Below are positions 10,034-20,742 of a DNA stretch of 64,000 nt, in pieces (position 1 is the stretch's first letter; the number at the start of each line of letters is the position of its first letter). Location of the stretch: the sequence record OR999189.1. One strand, given 5' to 3'. This DNA comes from Enterobacteria phage P922. The notes under the pieces were generated by a model that was not told where the DNA came from, did not search any database, and worked only from the letters and a program-made list of their open reading frames with translations. The position numbers and the translations under genes were made by a program.

Positions 10034-10182
10034 GTCATAATCTTGAAAAGGTAATCGAGCATAATGTAGCTCAGGAACGCGAGTCGTTCAAGGAATTCGT
10101 AGAAAAAATTTTTGAAGAAAATAACACAGACCAGTTTACAAATCAAGCGTCTGATGATATTATAACAAAGTCAACTAATTGA
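10030..10182 (+). CDS. small acidic protein (50 aa)
   Basis: ATGA overlap with arn stop; hand-translated; below track size cutoff. Confidence 0.3.
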   Translation: MSHNLEKVIEHNVAQERESFKEFVEKIFEENNTDQFTNQASDDIITKSTN

Positions 10183-10194
10183 GTGGTATAGTTA

Positions 10195-10467
10195 ATGAAT
10201 AAAAACATTGATACAGTTCGTGAAATTATTACTGTTGCATCTATTTTGATTAAATTTTCCAGAGAAGATATTGTTGAGAATCGTGCTAATTTTATTGCAT
10301 TTCTTAATGAGATTGAAGTAACGCATGAAGGTAGAAAGTTAAATCAGAATTCATTTCGTAAAATTGTTTCTGAATTAACTCAAGAAGATAAGAAAACCCT
10401 CATCGATGAATTCAACGAGGGTTTTGAGGGTGTATATCGATATCTAGAAATGTATACGAACAAATAA
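10195..10467 (+). CDS. asiA: anti-sigma-70 factor AsiA
   Basis: 90 aa; begins MNKNIDTVREIITVASILIKF; same length as T4 AsiA. Confidence 0.9.
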   Translation: MNKNIDTVREIITVASILIKFSREDIVENRANFIAFLNEIEVTHEGRKLNQNSFRKIVSELTQEDKKTLIDEFNEGFEGVYRYLEMYTNK

Positions 10468-11124
10468 TTATTTAGCCCTTCCTAATATTCTGGCCGCCTG
10501 AGCACATATTGATTCAAGGCGGTCATTACTTATATGATCATTTCTATACCAGTACATGGTTATCGTTCCAGCATAGATATTATCCAAATTAAAATATGGA
10601 CAACTGTACATGTAGTTTATTTCGGGAGTAGGCTTTTTAGTTGGTAAAAAAGCAAATTTTGAGTCGGAATAATAATGACGTCCATTTAAATGAACTGTAT
10701 ATTCATCCATAGTTTTATCAACAGGATATCCTCCAAGTGATTTTTCACTTATTGTTGAAGGTAATTTTCCTTCATATGCTATAATATCAACAAAATAGTT
10801 TAAGTTTTTAGGGCGGAAAGAATACACCGCACTAAAGTCTGCCTCAGATGATATATGAACTATCTGGAGTTGTTCCAGGGCGACAGATTCAAAGCGTGCA
10901 TTTCTTTCCTTTTCAATAATTTCACTGTATGTTTCATACTTTGATTGCTTATAGTACTCAAAGAAACTATCTCCCCTATACCAAACAATCGCCATCATAA
11001 ATAAAAGAATTACGACAGCTACTCGGGAAGCAAGAACCTTCCCGGTAGCGTTATCTTTGAACAAGCGATCTAGAACACCAAACAGAATATCAGAGGGCGA
11101 AAATGATATTCTAGGTGCTGCCAT
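10468..11124 (-). CDS. t: holin / lysis inhibition protein T
   Basis: 218 aa with one N-terminal TM segment and large periplasmic domain; same length as T4 holin T. Confidence 0.9.
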   Translation of the reverse strand: MAAPRISFSPSDILFGVLDRLFKDNATGKVLASRVAVVILLFMMAIVWYRGDSFFEYYKQSKYETYSEIIEKERNARFESVALEQLQIVHISSEADFSAVYSFRPKNLNYFVDIIAYEGKLPSTISEKSLGGYPVDKTMDEYTVHLNGRHYYSDSKFAFLPTKKPTPEINYMYSCPYFNLDNIYAGTITMYWYRNDHISNDRLESICAQAARILGRAK

Positions 11125-11142
11125 AGACCCTCCTTTTAAGGG

Positions 11143-11150
11143 TATTTATT
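11143..11150 (-). promoter_or_regulatory. possible late promoter (AATAAATA variant) for gene t
   Basis: reverse complement GAATAAATACC located 18 nt upstream of t start, followed by AAGGAGGG SD. Confidence 0.3.
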
Positions 11151-11154
11151 CACA

Positions 11155-11937
11155 TTATACTCTTGGACCATATATTGCTCCAACATTTTGCCACGTTGGA
11201 GCAGACCCTATGACAGCATAACCAGCAGCGCCGCCATTATATTCAGATCCTTGACCGCGAATATTGCATCTACCTCCCGCGGAACCTACTTCACCACCGT
11301 TTCCACCATTATAGATACCATTCACGGATCCTGAGCCAGGTGCAGAAATAGTACCAGCAGTTGCGCCTGATTGCATATCAATAGATCCGCCAGGTGCACC
11401 AAACGGACGCCCACCACCACCGCCAAAGGTTAATCTCATTTGTGAAAAAGGAGAATAATATCCGCCGCCACCGCCACCGCCACCGCCAGCAATAGCTCCA
11501 CCATTATTAATTCTTAGTCTCCCACCAATATCGTTTTGAATACAATGACCTCCAGCTGAGCCAGGACTATTGCTACCACCATTACCGCCACGTCCATACA
11601 TCGTTACGCCATGTATATTTAACTGAACATATTCATTTGGTGTATCTCCGTACATGAAGAATAAAGGAACATCTTTAGAATATGATACTAAATCACCTGT
11701 AATATTAAACACTATAGGTGCACTACCTGCCTCAAAACATCTATCTCGGAACCATTGACCATTGAAGTTATGGTCTGCTCCAAGCGTGTGAATAATTTCT
11801 CGTGAGCGACCTGCAAATTGACTCATCCAGCAAGGAACACCCAATCTTAATTGACCAGCCGCTTGACTCATCCAGCGCTGTCCCGTTTCATTTACGGCTG
11901 AACTTCCAATCCAGCCAGGAACTCCAACTACTGCCAT
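11155..11937 (-). CDS. 38: gp38, T2/T6-type long tail fiber tip adhesin with glycine-rich motifs
   Basis: 260 aa; several poly-Gly blocks ([25 protein letters not shown]) separated by variable segments; T4-type gp38 would be about 183 aa without these. Confidence 0.8.
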   Translation of the reverse strand: MAVVGVPGWIGSSAVNETGQRWMSQAAGQLRLGVPCWMSQFAGRSREIIHTLGADHNFNGQWFRDRCFEAGSAPIVFNITGDLVSYSKDVPLFFMYGDTPNEYVQLNIHGVTMYGRGGNGGSNSPGSAGGHCIQNDIGGRLRINNGGAIAGGGGGGGGGYYSPFSQMRLTFGGGGGRPFGAPGGSIDMQSGATAGTISAPGSGSVNGIYNGGNGGEVGSAGGRCNIRGQGSEYNGGAAGYAVIGSAPTWQNVGAIYGPRV

Positions 11938-11951
11938 AATTTATACTCCAA

Positions 11952-11967
11952 AGGGGGAAATTTCCCC
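11952..11967 (-). promoter_or_regulatory. perfect 16 bp palindrome GGGGGAAATTTCCCCC between genes 37 and 38
   Basis: lies between gene 37 stop and the gene 38 SD (GGAG). Confidence 0.5.
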
Positions 11968-11974
11968 CTTGCTG

Positions 11975-14923
11975 TTAGAATTTAAAATATTTACTAATTT
12001 TGCGAGCAATTTTAGTAAAGAGAGGCGTTTTCAATTCTTTAATTTCTTCATTCATTTCCTGAATAGCCTTAATTAAAAGAGCATTCACAGCAGAGTTAGA
12101 AATTGTCAGAACATCAGATCCATCAACTTCAACTTTAGATACAGCTTCCGGTAATTCCTTTTCAAGGTCCTGAGCAATAATACCAACTTCACGTTTAATA
12201 ACACTACGGTCTTTAATAGACTTAACTTTATCGTAAATATAAACTTTCAGTCGGCAAACTTTTTCGACCGCTCCATATTCTAATTCTTCTTTATTAATCT
12301 TGAGACGGGAGTCAGAACGAATATACACATCGCTAAAGCTACCATTTCCTGGTGTATAAAAGAATCCATCATGATGGAATTCAAACACAGCTTGTGGGTG
12401 TCCAGCATCAGGAGAAGCCTCCGTGGATCCGACACGAATGATTGCTTGCCCCCACTGTGATGGAATACGACGCATACCAAAGTCAACGGCGGTGCTATAT
12501 CCTTGATTGGTTATAACGCTTCTTGCTTTAAGAATAGGATAATAACTATCTTGACCAACATAACCATGATCAACGAATAATGGAGCTTCTACTCGCCATT
12601 GGTTGCCCCAATCACCCGGTTGTCTAGCAATCCATCCAGAACCGTTAATGTGTACACGGTCGCGGTTAACGTTAACCATTGCGGTATTTTGCGGGTTTAA
12701 CGCAATCTCACCATTGTTTGTGATATGTACTGCCGCCTGAGAAGCATAGCTATAAAATGCTAGCGAATTATCAGCACCACCCTTGCCAATATACCAGTTA
12801 CCAGTCCCGTCTATGTCACCGCGAATATGCAAAGAATTACTAGCAGTTGTTGATAATACAATAGAATCATTAGGTGCATTGATTGTTAACCGACCTGTCA
12901 TCGTATCACCGCTTTTACCTACGCGAGTATTCAAAGCAGCGTCTAAGTTGGTTGCATTGTTGTATTTCTTCCAGATTGAACCAGCAATGTTACCATCAGT
13001 GTTCAAGAATGCTGCGCCAGCATAAACTCGACTTTGTGACATGAATCGGCCAGACGGCAAGAAACGCCATGTAGCTAATTCATTAGCTGTAGTTCCAGTA
13101 GCGGATAAATCACCTTGAGCAATGATACGATATTCTGAACTAGCAATATCCATACCAGAAGCCATAGTAATATTTGTTACAGTGTTTTTCTGTTTTACAA
13201 TAGGAGCAAACTGGTTTTTATTTGAATCGTCAATGGCCTGATATAATGGTGCAATGGTAGTATTCTGATTCGCGTAAGTATTAGAACCAGAACCGCTAGC
13301 AGGGGCTTGAATATATGCTCCTGGAGCAAGTGAAATTTTCTGATTAGCACCAAGATTAACAGCAGCAGTGATATTCAACAATCCCCTAAAGTTTTGTTGA
13401 GCAGTCCAAGTATGTGATCCGTCTTCAAGAACAACACGGCGACAAGTGTTAGTCCTGTTTCCTGGATTTCCAGCTATACGCACAACAAAATAACGGTAGT
13501 TTGTCTGGGATACAGTACCACGCCAAACCTGAACAGTACGTCCTGTGCCAGTATGTTCGCTAGGACCAACAGAAAACATAATTAAGTTTCCGTCAATCGT
13601 ACCCCAATCCATATTAGCTGGCATGTTCTTTATTTTGTTCAAAGGAACGCTAAACATACTACCAGGAACAAAATCAAAGGTTTGCCAATCTAACTCCGCT
13701 AATTGAGCTTTAATACCACCCATACCCAAAGTAATTGGCAGAGAATAAGATGTATATACTTCGTTCCATGCACCCCACGCACCACCAGTATATGCACGCT
13801 CAAAAATACGATCGCGAGTAGTTGCACCCGTTCCTGCGGTAGTGAAACGTTGGAAAATAGCACCGCCAGAAGCACGCTGTTTAACTTCCAGCAAACCAAC
13901 AATAACAGTCGGCAAACCTTCACCTGTAGGACAGTTAATAACGGCATCAGTGCCTAAAATATTATATAACCCGGGAGTTTTAAAATCATTCAGATCTCCA
14001 TCATAGAAAGTCGCTGGTGTGCCATGACCAACCTGCTTCCATTCCTCCCACTTAGGTGCACTAGCATCCCATGCAGCAGCGAGACAACGAGTATAAACCA
14101 TACCCATGCGGGTAGTATAACGCTGAGTTCTCGTGTATAAACCACCTTCAAATATTTCTAAAAATCCTTGTGCGGCTGATCCTTCTTCTGGATAATGGCG
14201 ATCAAATGATGCGATTGCGCTTGAACTGTTTCGCCATAAGCCACAATGTTCTAATTCTCCCAAGCTATCAAGGTCAATCGTTTGTGAAAGTGGACGAGTT
14301 GACGCTTGAACATTACGCCACACACCCCATGGACCATCGACGCCATTCCATTTAGCAGATAAGGAACGAATATAGACGTTACCAGATCTTACAGTATAAC
14401 GCTGAGTGCCAGCAAATTGGCCGGCCACAAACACTTCTAGTACACCTACGGCATTTTCTTCTGGGAATTTATTTGCTGGTTGCGCATTTGTTGAAGTAGA
14501 TTTCGACCAAACACCAAGATATTCTTCAATGGGCCCATACGTATCTAAATTAGCATCAGTAGGTAATTCGCCATTATTTTTTATAAATGTTGTGCTATTG
14601 ACATTTATGTCAGATGGAGTTAAGGTAATGTCCTTTGACCCATCAAAAGATATACCATTAATTTTCCTAGGTGTTTGCAATTTAGTAGCTGTGCTAGAAT
14701 TTCCAATTAAAGTTCCAGTTATATTTTCTGTAACCTCTAAAGACCCATTTATAGTTCCTCCATATTTTAAACCTAATTCTATAACACTACCTGAGTCATC
14801 TTTTGTGAAAATTGTTTTATCTTTTAAGTTTATAGCCAATTCACCTTCGGCTAATACTGAAGCAGCAGGACGTTGACCTGCAGTTTTGCTTCTTTTAAAT
14901 TGTATTTGTTTTAAAGTAGCCAT
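11975..14923 (-). CDS. 37: gp37 long tail fiber distal subunit
   Basis: 982 aa; N-terminus [13 protein letters not shown]... matches T4 gp37; C-terminal region diverges and ends in a chaperone-like domain (...[25 protein letters not shown]). Confidence 0.85.
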   Translation of the reverse strand: MATLKQIQFKRSKTAGQRPAASVLAEGELAINLKDKTIFTKDDSGSVIELGLKYGGTINGSLEVTENITGTLIGNSSTATKLQTPRKINGISFDGSKDITLTPSDINVNSTTFIKNNGELPTDANLDTYGPIEEYLGVWSKSTSTNAQPANKFPEENAVGVLEVFVAGQFAGTQRYTVRSGNVYIRSLSAKWNGVDGPWGVWRNVQASTRPLSQTIDLDSLGELEHCGLWRNSSSAIASFDRHYPEEGSAAQGFLEIFEGGLYTRTQRYTTRMGMVYTRCLAAAWDASAPKWEEWKQVGHGTPATFYDGDLNDFKTPGLYNILGTDAVINCPTGEGLPTVIVGLLEVKQRASGGAIFQRFTTAGTGATTRDRIFERAYTGGAWGAWNEVYTSYSLPITLGMGGIKAQLAELDWQTFDFVPGSMFSVPLNKIKNMPANMDWGTIDGNLIMFSVGPSEHTGTGRTVQVWRGTVSQTNYRYFVVRIAGNPGNRTNTCRRVVLEDGSHTWTAQQNFRGLLNITAAVNLGANQKISLAPGAYIQAPASGSGSNTYANQNTTIAPLYQAIDDSNKNQFAPIVKQKNTVTNITMASGMDIASSEYRIIAQGDLSATGTTANELATWRFLPSGRFMSQSRVYAGAAFLNTDGNIAGSIWKKYNNATNLDAALNTRVGKSGDTMTGRLTINAPNDSIVLSTTASNSLHIRGDIDGTGNWYIGKGGADNSLAFYSYASQAAVHITNNGEIALNPQNTAMVNVNRDRVHINGSGWIARQPGDWGNQWRVEAPLFVDHGYVGQDSYYPILKARSVITNQGYSTAVDFGMRRIPSQWGQAIIRVGSTEASPDAGHPQAVFEFHHDGFFYTPGNGSFSDVYIRSDSRLKINKEELEYGAVEKVCRLKVYIYDKVKSIKDRSVIKREVGIIAQDLEKELPEAVSKVEVDGSDVLTISNSAVNALLIKAIQEMNEEIKELKTPLFTKIARKISKYFKF

Positions 14924-14931
14924 AAGTCCTC

Positions 14932-15582
14932 TTAATAATAGCCGAAATCTTGAACAGAATCCTTAATTACGATTTGGTCAAATCGTGGAACGTGTGAAGG
15001 TTGAGATGCAGGATTCTGTGAAAAAAGGTTTGGCGCAGTTAAATTTCCTGTCATAGTGTCTCCAGAGCGTAATACCCTAGAGTTTGCATTTGCTGTAACA
15101 GTATTTATTGCTCCATCAACATAATCTTTGCGAGTAACATCAGATGCTGCGGAAGGAGTAGATGTAACAGTTACCGATGGAGCCGTTACAGCCCTGGTAA
15201 ATGTTGTCAAACCTTCTGGCGTAATAGTAATTTGTCCAGTAGTGATTTCACTACCTGCTGGTCTAAAACTAATACCGCCAGAAGAGCCACCAACTACAAG
15301 AGTATTACCAGTGCCGCCACCAGAACGAATTCGGATAGGGGTTTCATTATTACTTAATTGAAGATAACTATTTACCCCGTAATTAATAGTAATTGGACCG
15401 GCGTAAGTACCACCATTAGCTTTAGAAACGAAATCGTTATCAGCTGCCTGCGGTTTATTATATTCTGAATATATTTTAAATGATTTGTAGAGTACATCGT
15501 CACCGGCTGAATTCAATGGAAAATTTCCTTGATGCCAAATGACAGATCCACCCACAGTTGAACCTACTTTTAAATCAGCCAT
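14932..15582 (-). CDS. 36: gp36 long tail fiber hinge connector
   Basis: 216 aa; position between 35 and 37. Confidence 0.8.
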   Translation of the reverse strand: MADLKVGSTVGGSVIWHQGNFPLNSAGDDVLYKSFKIYSEYNKPQAADNDFVSKANGGTYAGPITINYGVNSYLQLSNNETPIRIRSGGGTGNTLVVGGSSGGISFRPAGSEITTGQITITPEGLTTFTRAVTAPSVTVTSTPSAASDVTRKDYVDGAINTVTANANSRVLRSGDTMTGNLTAPNLFSQNPASQPSHVPRFDQIVIKDSVQDFGYY

Positions 15583-15605
15583 TATATGCCCCTTTATTTT
15601 AATAT

Positions 15606-15613
15606 TATTTATA
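15606..15613 (-). promoter_or_regulatory. late promoter TATAAATA upstream of gene 36
   Basis: reverse complement reads TATAAATA 24 nt upstream of gene 36 start. Confidence 0.55.
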
Positions 15614-15620
15614 AAGAAAA

Positions 15621-15640
15621 AGGGAACCCGAAGGCTCCCT
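15621..15640 (-). terminator. terminator hairpin downstream of gene 35
   Basis: minus-strand GGGAGCC-UUCG-GGUUCCC followed by U-run. Confidence 0.55.
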
Positions 15641-15644
15641 CAGT

Positions 15645-16760
15645 TTAAACTTCTCTAAATTCCTGTCCAAACACTTTGCCAGTTTTAGAAGAGGCTTGTG
15701 TAGGAAGTACCATTATATCTGGAGGTGAAGCCGATTCACAGACATAATTAACGCGAATACCGTTGACGCCAAATTCGGCAGGTTTTGAAATGCCGCCATT
15801 TCTTGATACTTCAGAAAAACTTAAATTTCTCATGCCGCCTTGACCTGCTTGAGCAGTTCTTTGTGCATATATCGTAAATCCTACGGCGTTTTCTGGAACA
15901 ACTACATAGTCTTCTTTTAATTCCCAAGACCCAGCTTGCCCAGTAAACTCAGCTTGGGTCGAGGAAATATATCCATTTGATGCATCATAAAAACGAATAG
16001 ATATATTTGTAGTTCCAAGATCAAGTAAATCAGCATCAGCATATAGTTGTGCTTTAAGATAAAGAACATCACCAGGAATTAAATTGTAGTCAGAAAGTTT
16101 ACTTATAGCAGCTGAAGTTGGCAATCGCGCAATTTCATTATTAGTTCCTCCAACCGCAGACATAAATTGCTCAACGCTTTCGTATGTTCTTTTAGGAAAT
16201 CCTGTAGCTCCGACGTCTTCTAAACTATCAAATACAACATCTAAAATAGTTTGATAATCATCTGTGCTTTTTCTATTACTTAGTTTAACATGCTCTAATG
16301 CAATAGCTCTTTTAGAAGAAGTATAAAAAGCAGCATATGATACGTCAAATCTTGACAATACTGAATCTGATGGAAAAACTGAAGTTCCTGCTCCCCTTAA
16401 CCAAGATACCACTTCAGGAGGAAAATTAACCTTTCCGCTAGTTAATATAGCAACAAGTCTATTGTTTGACAAAGAATTCATGAAACTGACAAAAGCGGCA
16501 GATGTTGTATTGTTTGAAGCAGAAAAAGCATATGACTTGCTATCAACTAATGCTCCCGTAGAAGGGTCAAAAACTCTTAAATGAAGACCTGCACTAAATG
16601 TTTGATTTCCAACGGGATTATCCTGAAATTTAACATATGGCCCCGCAGTAGAAAGCGGGCAAGAACCCGCTATGCTTATTTTATATCTTACTGAATTGCT
16701 TTCCGATAAAAATGGCGTTTGGACATATCCTTGTCCAAACTCTGCCATAAATTTTTCCAT
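15645..16760 (-). CDS. 35: gp35 long tail fiber hinge
   Basis: 371 aa (T4 gp35 is 372 aa); position. Confidence 0.8.
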   Translation of the reverse strand: MEKFMAEFGQGYVQTPFLSESNSVRYKISIAGSCPLSTAGPYVKFQDNPVGNQTFSAGLHLRVFDPSTGALVDSKSYAFSASNNTTSAAFVSFMNSLSNNRLVAILTSGKVNFPPEVVSWLRGAGTSVFPSDSVLSRFDVSYAAFYTSSKRAIALEHVKLSNRKSTDDYQTILDVVFDSLEDVGATGFPKRTYESVEQFMSAVGGTNNEIARLPTSAAISKLSDYNLIPGDVLYLKAQLYADADLLDLGTTNISIRFYDASNGYISSTQAEFTGQAGSWELKEDYVVVPENAVGFTIYAQRTAQAGQGGMRNLSFSEVSRNGGISKPAEFGVNGIRVNYVCESASPPDIMVLPTQASSKTGKVFGQEFREV

Positions 16761-16768
16761 AATACCTC

Positions 16769-19700
16769 TTATTCAACCCATTCAAATTTAACAGTTTTAT
16801 TCACTGGGTCAGGAATAATGCGAACATTACCAATTCGTAAGAAATCGCGAATAGTAAGATTACCTATTATTCCATTATCAGATGGGATCGCTCCTATATC
16901 TGAAGGTTGAGGAGGGTTACCTCCGTCAAATACCTGAACAAAACTTGACCAAGAGTTTTTGGTTTTCTGCCATGTACGTGTCCAGCGAGTGGTACGTGCT
17001 TCTGGGGTCGTTGGATAAGTAATCCAATCTTGGTAAAGTGAATCAAGTGTGTTACCAAACTGAGTCAATGTACCAGGAGATTTAACTTCTTCACCACGTT
17101 CTAAGTATGGAAGTCCAGTAACTTCATTAGTTTTTTCAACCATTTTAAAATAACCCGGGAACTGGTTATAAGTGGCTGAATCATTAATATCGATTGACCA
17201 GAATCCTACAGTATCAGATGTCGGCGCACGGGTATATAAATCAGATGTTTTAACACCTTGAGAACGAATTCTCGAGTTAACAGTTAAACCACCTGAATTT
17301 ATAGTAGCACCTTTAGCAATGATCAAGCTTTCACCAATTGTGACCTGCCCAGATTGATTATTAATGGACAATGGACGTAATCCATTAAATCCACCAGTTT
17401 GATTGCCTGATGCAGTAAGCATAAAATTCGTTACTGACCCGTCATTACGAATAATGAAACCATAATTTCCATTAATAGCACGGAAAGCATTTGCGCTTCG
17501 AGAAATAATTTCACCAGTTGCAGTGACTGAATTACCAAATGTAGCAACGCCATTCGCATTCAATGTTCCTGAAGCATTAACATTTATCGGTGTTACTGTA
17601 CCGTTGATATTAAATGTTATATTTCCAGCTTTATTACGCTGAGAATAAAAATGACTAGACGTTTCATCACTAACTTCAAATACGGTAGAACGTGTTGTGT
17701 CTGATTCCCCACTAAATTGATTTCCCCACACTCTGACTGTCATCGTTTGAGCCGGGTTTGTTCCAGTTTGAGGTCCTTTCTCAAAAATCAGACGAGTTGC
17801 CGTTCCAGTATTAGAAATAGTTAATGTACTATTTGCTGAAACTGATCCACCGAATGTAGCAGTACTAGATGATACAAGAGGGGCACCCAGATTCGTTTGT
17901 TGGGTTAAGGTTAGTGAACCATTAACTGTTTGTGCAATGTCCCTACGAATGAACTGGAGCGAATCTAGACCATCTAATAAATTACTATCTACGGCTTTTG
18001 CTTTTAATGGCAAATAATTTGCTAATACGCGATTTAATTCATATGGTGATACTGCATAACCATTTTTCTCATATGATTCTAATGGCTGTGTTGAACCAGC
18101 TGTATCATTACCAACGAATGTAATTGAGCCAGACGAAGTTTTAACAAAACCTCTTATCGCAGTAGTCGCTGCCCAAGTAGGTTCACTCTGCACAATCCAT
18201 TTTAAATTTTTTGGAGATACAGCAGTATTTGCTGACGTTCCAGCTACAGTTTCAGACCGAGTTGCAACTTTAATAACGCCTTCCTGTGCTTCAGTAGATT
18301 TAGTACCTAAAAGCTTTTTAGGAGTTATTAGAACATTATCCAATGTTCCTGCAGCAGCTTCAACTTGTGTAGCTACACGAAGTGTACCACGCTGTGTCTC
18401 ATTTGCTTCAAGAATATTAAGGGTATAATGGTCCCAGAGAGTTCCTGATTCAACTAATCCAGATAGAGCAACAACAGAAGTACGATCAGTACTATTAAAT
18501 CTGGTTTTAATTTTTAATGGTGTAGAGATACGAGTATCGTCGACGCCTGCGTCGAATTCAACTTGCGTAGCAATTTCAGCTATACCACTTAAACTTTCAG
18601 TTGCTCTACGGTCATTTAAAGTTTTAGGAGTGACTGCGCGAGTATAATCAGTTCCTGTATTAACTTCGCTTTGCGTAGCAATTTCAATTAAACCAATTCT
18701 TCCATCAGTTGATGTCTTTTTATGTAACGTTTCTGGTGTTACAACCGCATTTGCCCATCCTTCTTGGCTTTGTCCAGCAATTACTTCACTTTCAACTGCT
18801 AAAATTACTGCGCCTTGTTGCGTTGGAGTAGCTTTATACTGATCCAAAGCTTTAGGTGAAACAACTAAATTATTAGTGTTTTTATTATAAACATTTGTAC
18901 CATTTAATTCACGACTAGAAGCTGGAGTAGCTCCTGCAGTAGATACAAAAGTTACAATACCCGATAATGTTTCAGAACCTTGACGAGCTTGAAGCTTTTT
19001 AGGAGTGATGATTGTAGTATCATCGATACCTGTATTAGTTTCCTGCTGCGTAGCAATTTCAGCAACACCTCTGCGAGTTTCTGTAGCAGTTCTTTCATTC
19101 AGCTTTTTAGGAGTGATGATAAGGTCATCTGCAAAAGAGAATGTAGTGTTCTGATTTACTTGAGCAGTAGTTGCTATTCTTGCAATACCTCTGCGAGTTT
19201 CAGTAGCAGTACGATTAGCTAACGTTTCTGGAGTAATTGCTAATTCTTTTTGTGGAGAATTTTCTAAATCAGCATTTGCTTGAGCTTGTGTAGCTAAAGC
19301 AATTACGCCTAATCTTGCTCTAGTAGAATTATTTAAAGAATCGACTCTTTCAACTGTTGGAACGTTTTGCTGTACAACCCAGTATTTTCCATCAGAATCT
19401 TCTATATAAGCAAGTTGCAAAACTGGTACATAATTAGTTTCACCATTAAAAACTAATTCTTGAACTGTTACCCATTCAGCTTCAGGTGGATATTCTGAAC
19501 GTTTTGGGAATTGCAGCAATTGAACTGAAGAAGCAATTTTATCTTCACCAGCAGCTTTGATTTTAACTGTTTGTCCTTTTCTCATGTAATTCATGGAAAT
19601 TTTAACAGTATCACCAATGGAAATATCGGTTGGAAGTTGAAGTTCAATTGTTTGGGCTGTTCCGTTATTCGCACCAAATACCATAACTTCTTCATTTGGA

Positions 19701-20638
19701 CGAATATTAAAATTAGTTGTTATAATGCGTAAACGTGCTTTACTATCCCCGTCAAACAATCTCCATAATTTTTCATTATCGTCAAACATCAAGAAACCGT
19801 CAATCGATGTACGGCCTTCAATAGAATGAGTTCCAACTTCTTGTACTGAAGTTGTTTCATCATATGTCGTGACAATTGTATGATAAAGTGGATTTAATTT
19901 ATCTAAATCAACGAAATTAATAATATCGCCATGATTAGCAAATCTCGGAAGTTTAATATTAATCGGCGCAGCGGAAGTAAATCTACGCACGATAAAATCA
20001 TTAGATTGTGCTTGATATGCAGTCGATGGAGTAACAATCGCAGCTTCTCTGCTATAATCAGCAACATACATTTGCCACAAACGATTATTAAAAATGAATA
20101 TCATCTGTGACTTTGGATGAGTCATTAGAACTGAACGTACTTGTTCACCTCTAAAATTAACAATACTCTGATTTGAAGAATTTATTTTAACCTGATTTAT
20201 ACCAGGTTTTCCACCAATATCTTGAATTATTACGGTTTCTCCATCAAGCGGAGAAGGCGGTAAATTAAACTCAATGTCATTACCAACTGATGTATCTACT
20301 GAAATTGCTTCTCCGGATTTTAATTGATATGGTCCAGATGATACGGTTGTATATACGGCATCAGTACGTAATGCTTTCCAACGAATTCTATTAAAACTTC
20401 CAGCAGGTTTTGGAATATTATCCGTTGCTGCCCAAAAACGATTATTATAAATGATTACAAAATCTTTTAAATATCCACGAGTTGGATCATATTGTTGAAC
20501 TGTGTTTTCTTGAATTAAGTAATCAACGTTAACACCGTCAGTTCCTACGGTACGATCAGCTAAAGCTACGTTGATTATTTTATCGCCACCTGCGTCCAGA
20601 CCGTCTTCTGCTCTGAACTTTCTTTTAATCTCGGCCAT
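16769..20638 (-). CDS. 34: gp34 long tail fiber proximal subunit
   Basis: 1289 aa, identical in length to T4 gp34; internal approx 40 aa repeats (TPKKL...ATE..RGI..IAT). Confidence 0.9.
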   Translation of the reverse strand: MAEIKRKFRAEDGLDAGGDKIINVALADRTVGTDGVNVDYLIQENTVQQYDPTRGYLKDFVIIYNNRFWAATDNIPKPAGSFNRIRWKALRTDAVYTTVSSGPYQLKSGEAISVDTSVGNDIEFNLPPSPLDGETVIIQDIGGKPGINQVKINSSNQSIVNFRGEQVRSVLMTHPKSQMIFIFNNRLWQMYVADYSREAAIVTPSTAYQAQSNDFIVRRFTSAAPINIKLPRFANHGDIINFVDLDKLNPLYHTIVTTYDETTSVQEVGTHSIEGRTSIDGFLMFDDNEKLWRLFDGDSKARLRIITTNFNIRPNEEVMVFGANNGTAQTIELQLPTDISIGDTVKISMNYMRKGQTVKIKAAGEDKIASSVQLLQFPKRSEYPPEAEWVTVQELVFNGETNYVPVLQLAYIEDSDGKYWVVQQNVPTVERVDSLNNSTRARLGVIALATQAQANADLENSPQKELAITPETLANRTATETRRGIARIATTAQVNQNTTFSFADDLIITPKKLNERTATETRRGVAEIATQQETNTGIDDTTIITPKKLQARQGSETLSGIVTFVSTAGATPASSRELNGTNVYNKNTNNLVVSPKALDQYKATPTQQGAVILAVESEVIAGQSQEGWANAVVTPETLHKKTSTDGRIGLIEIATQSEVNTGTDYTRAVTPKTLNDRRATESLSGIAEIATQVEFDAGVDDTRISTPLKIKTRFNSTDRTSVVALSGLVESGTLWDHYTLNILEANETQRGTLRVATQVEAAAGTLDNVLITPKKLLGTKSTEAQEGVIKVATRSETVAGTSANTAVSPKNLKWIVQSEPTWAATTAIRGFVKTSSGSITFVGNDTAGSTQPLESYEKNGYAVSPYELNRVLANYLPLKAKAVDSNLLDGLDSLQFIRRDIAQTVNGSLTLTQQTNLGAPLVSSSTATFGGSVSANSTLTISNTGTATRLIFEKGPQTGTNPAQTMTVRVWGNQFSGESDTTRSTVFEVSDETSSHFYSQRNKAGNITFNINGTVTPINVNASGTLNANGVATFGNSVTATGEIISRSANAFRAINGNYGFIIRNDGSVTNFMLTASGNQTGGFNGLRPLSINNQSGQVTIGESLIIAKGATINSGGLTVNSRIRSQGVKTSDLYTRAPTSDTVGFWSIDINDSATYNQFPGYFKMVEKTNEVTGLPYLERGEEVKSPGTLTQFGNTLDSLYQDWITYPTTPEARTTRWTRTWQKTKNSWSSFVQVFDGGNPPQPSDIGAIPSDNGIIGNLTIRDFLRIGNVRIIPDPVNKTVKFEWVE

Positions 20639-20672
20639 TCTCCCGGGCTCCTATTGTGTTTTCAATAATAAG

Positions 20673-20680
20673 TATTTATA
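20673..20680 (-). promoter_or_regulatory. late promoter TATAAATA upstream of gene 34
   Basis: reverse complement TATAAATA approx 35 nt upstream of gene 34 ATG. Confidence 0.55.
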
Positions 20681-20742
20681 CTTGTTTACTTTAAGATTTG
20701 GATAGTATATAATAGAAATCTCACTAATTGAACGAGGTTCAT

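Noticed and set aside
11350-11600. Glycine-codon repeats (GGT/GGC runs) in gene 38 as a possible DNA repeat or CRISPR-like array
   Set aside because: The repeats are in frame and encode the poly-glycine blocks of the adhesin; there are no regularly spaced direct repeats with unique spacers.
12280-14876. Several ORFs of 61-156 aa on either strand inside gene 37
   Set aside because: Nested within a long, confidently assigned structural gene, with no start signals; treated as chance frames.
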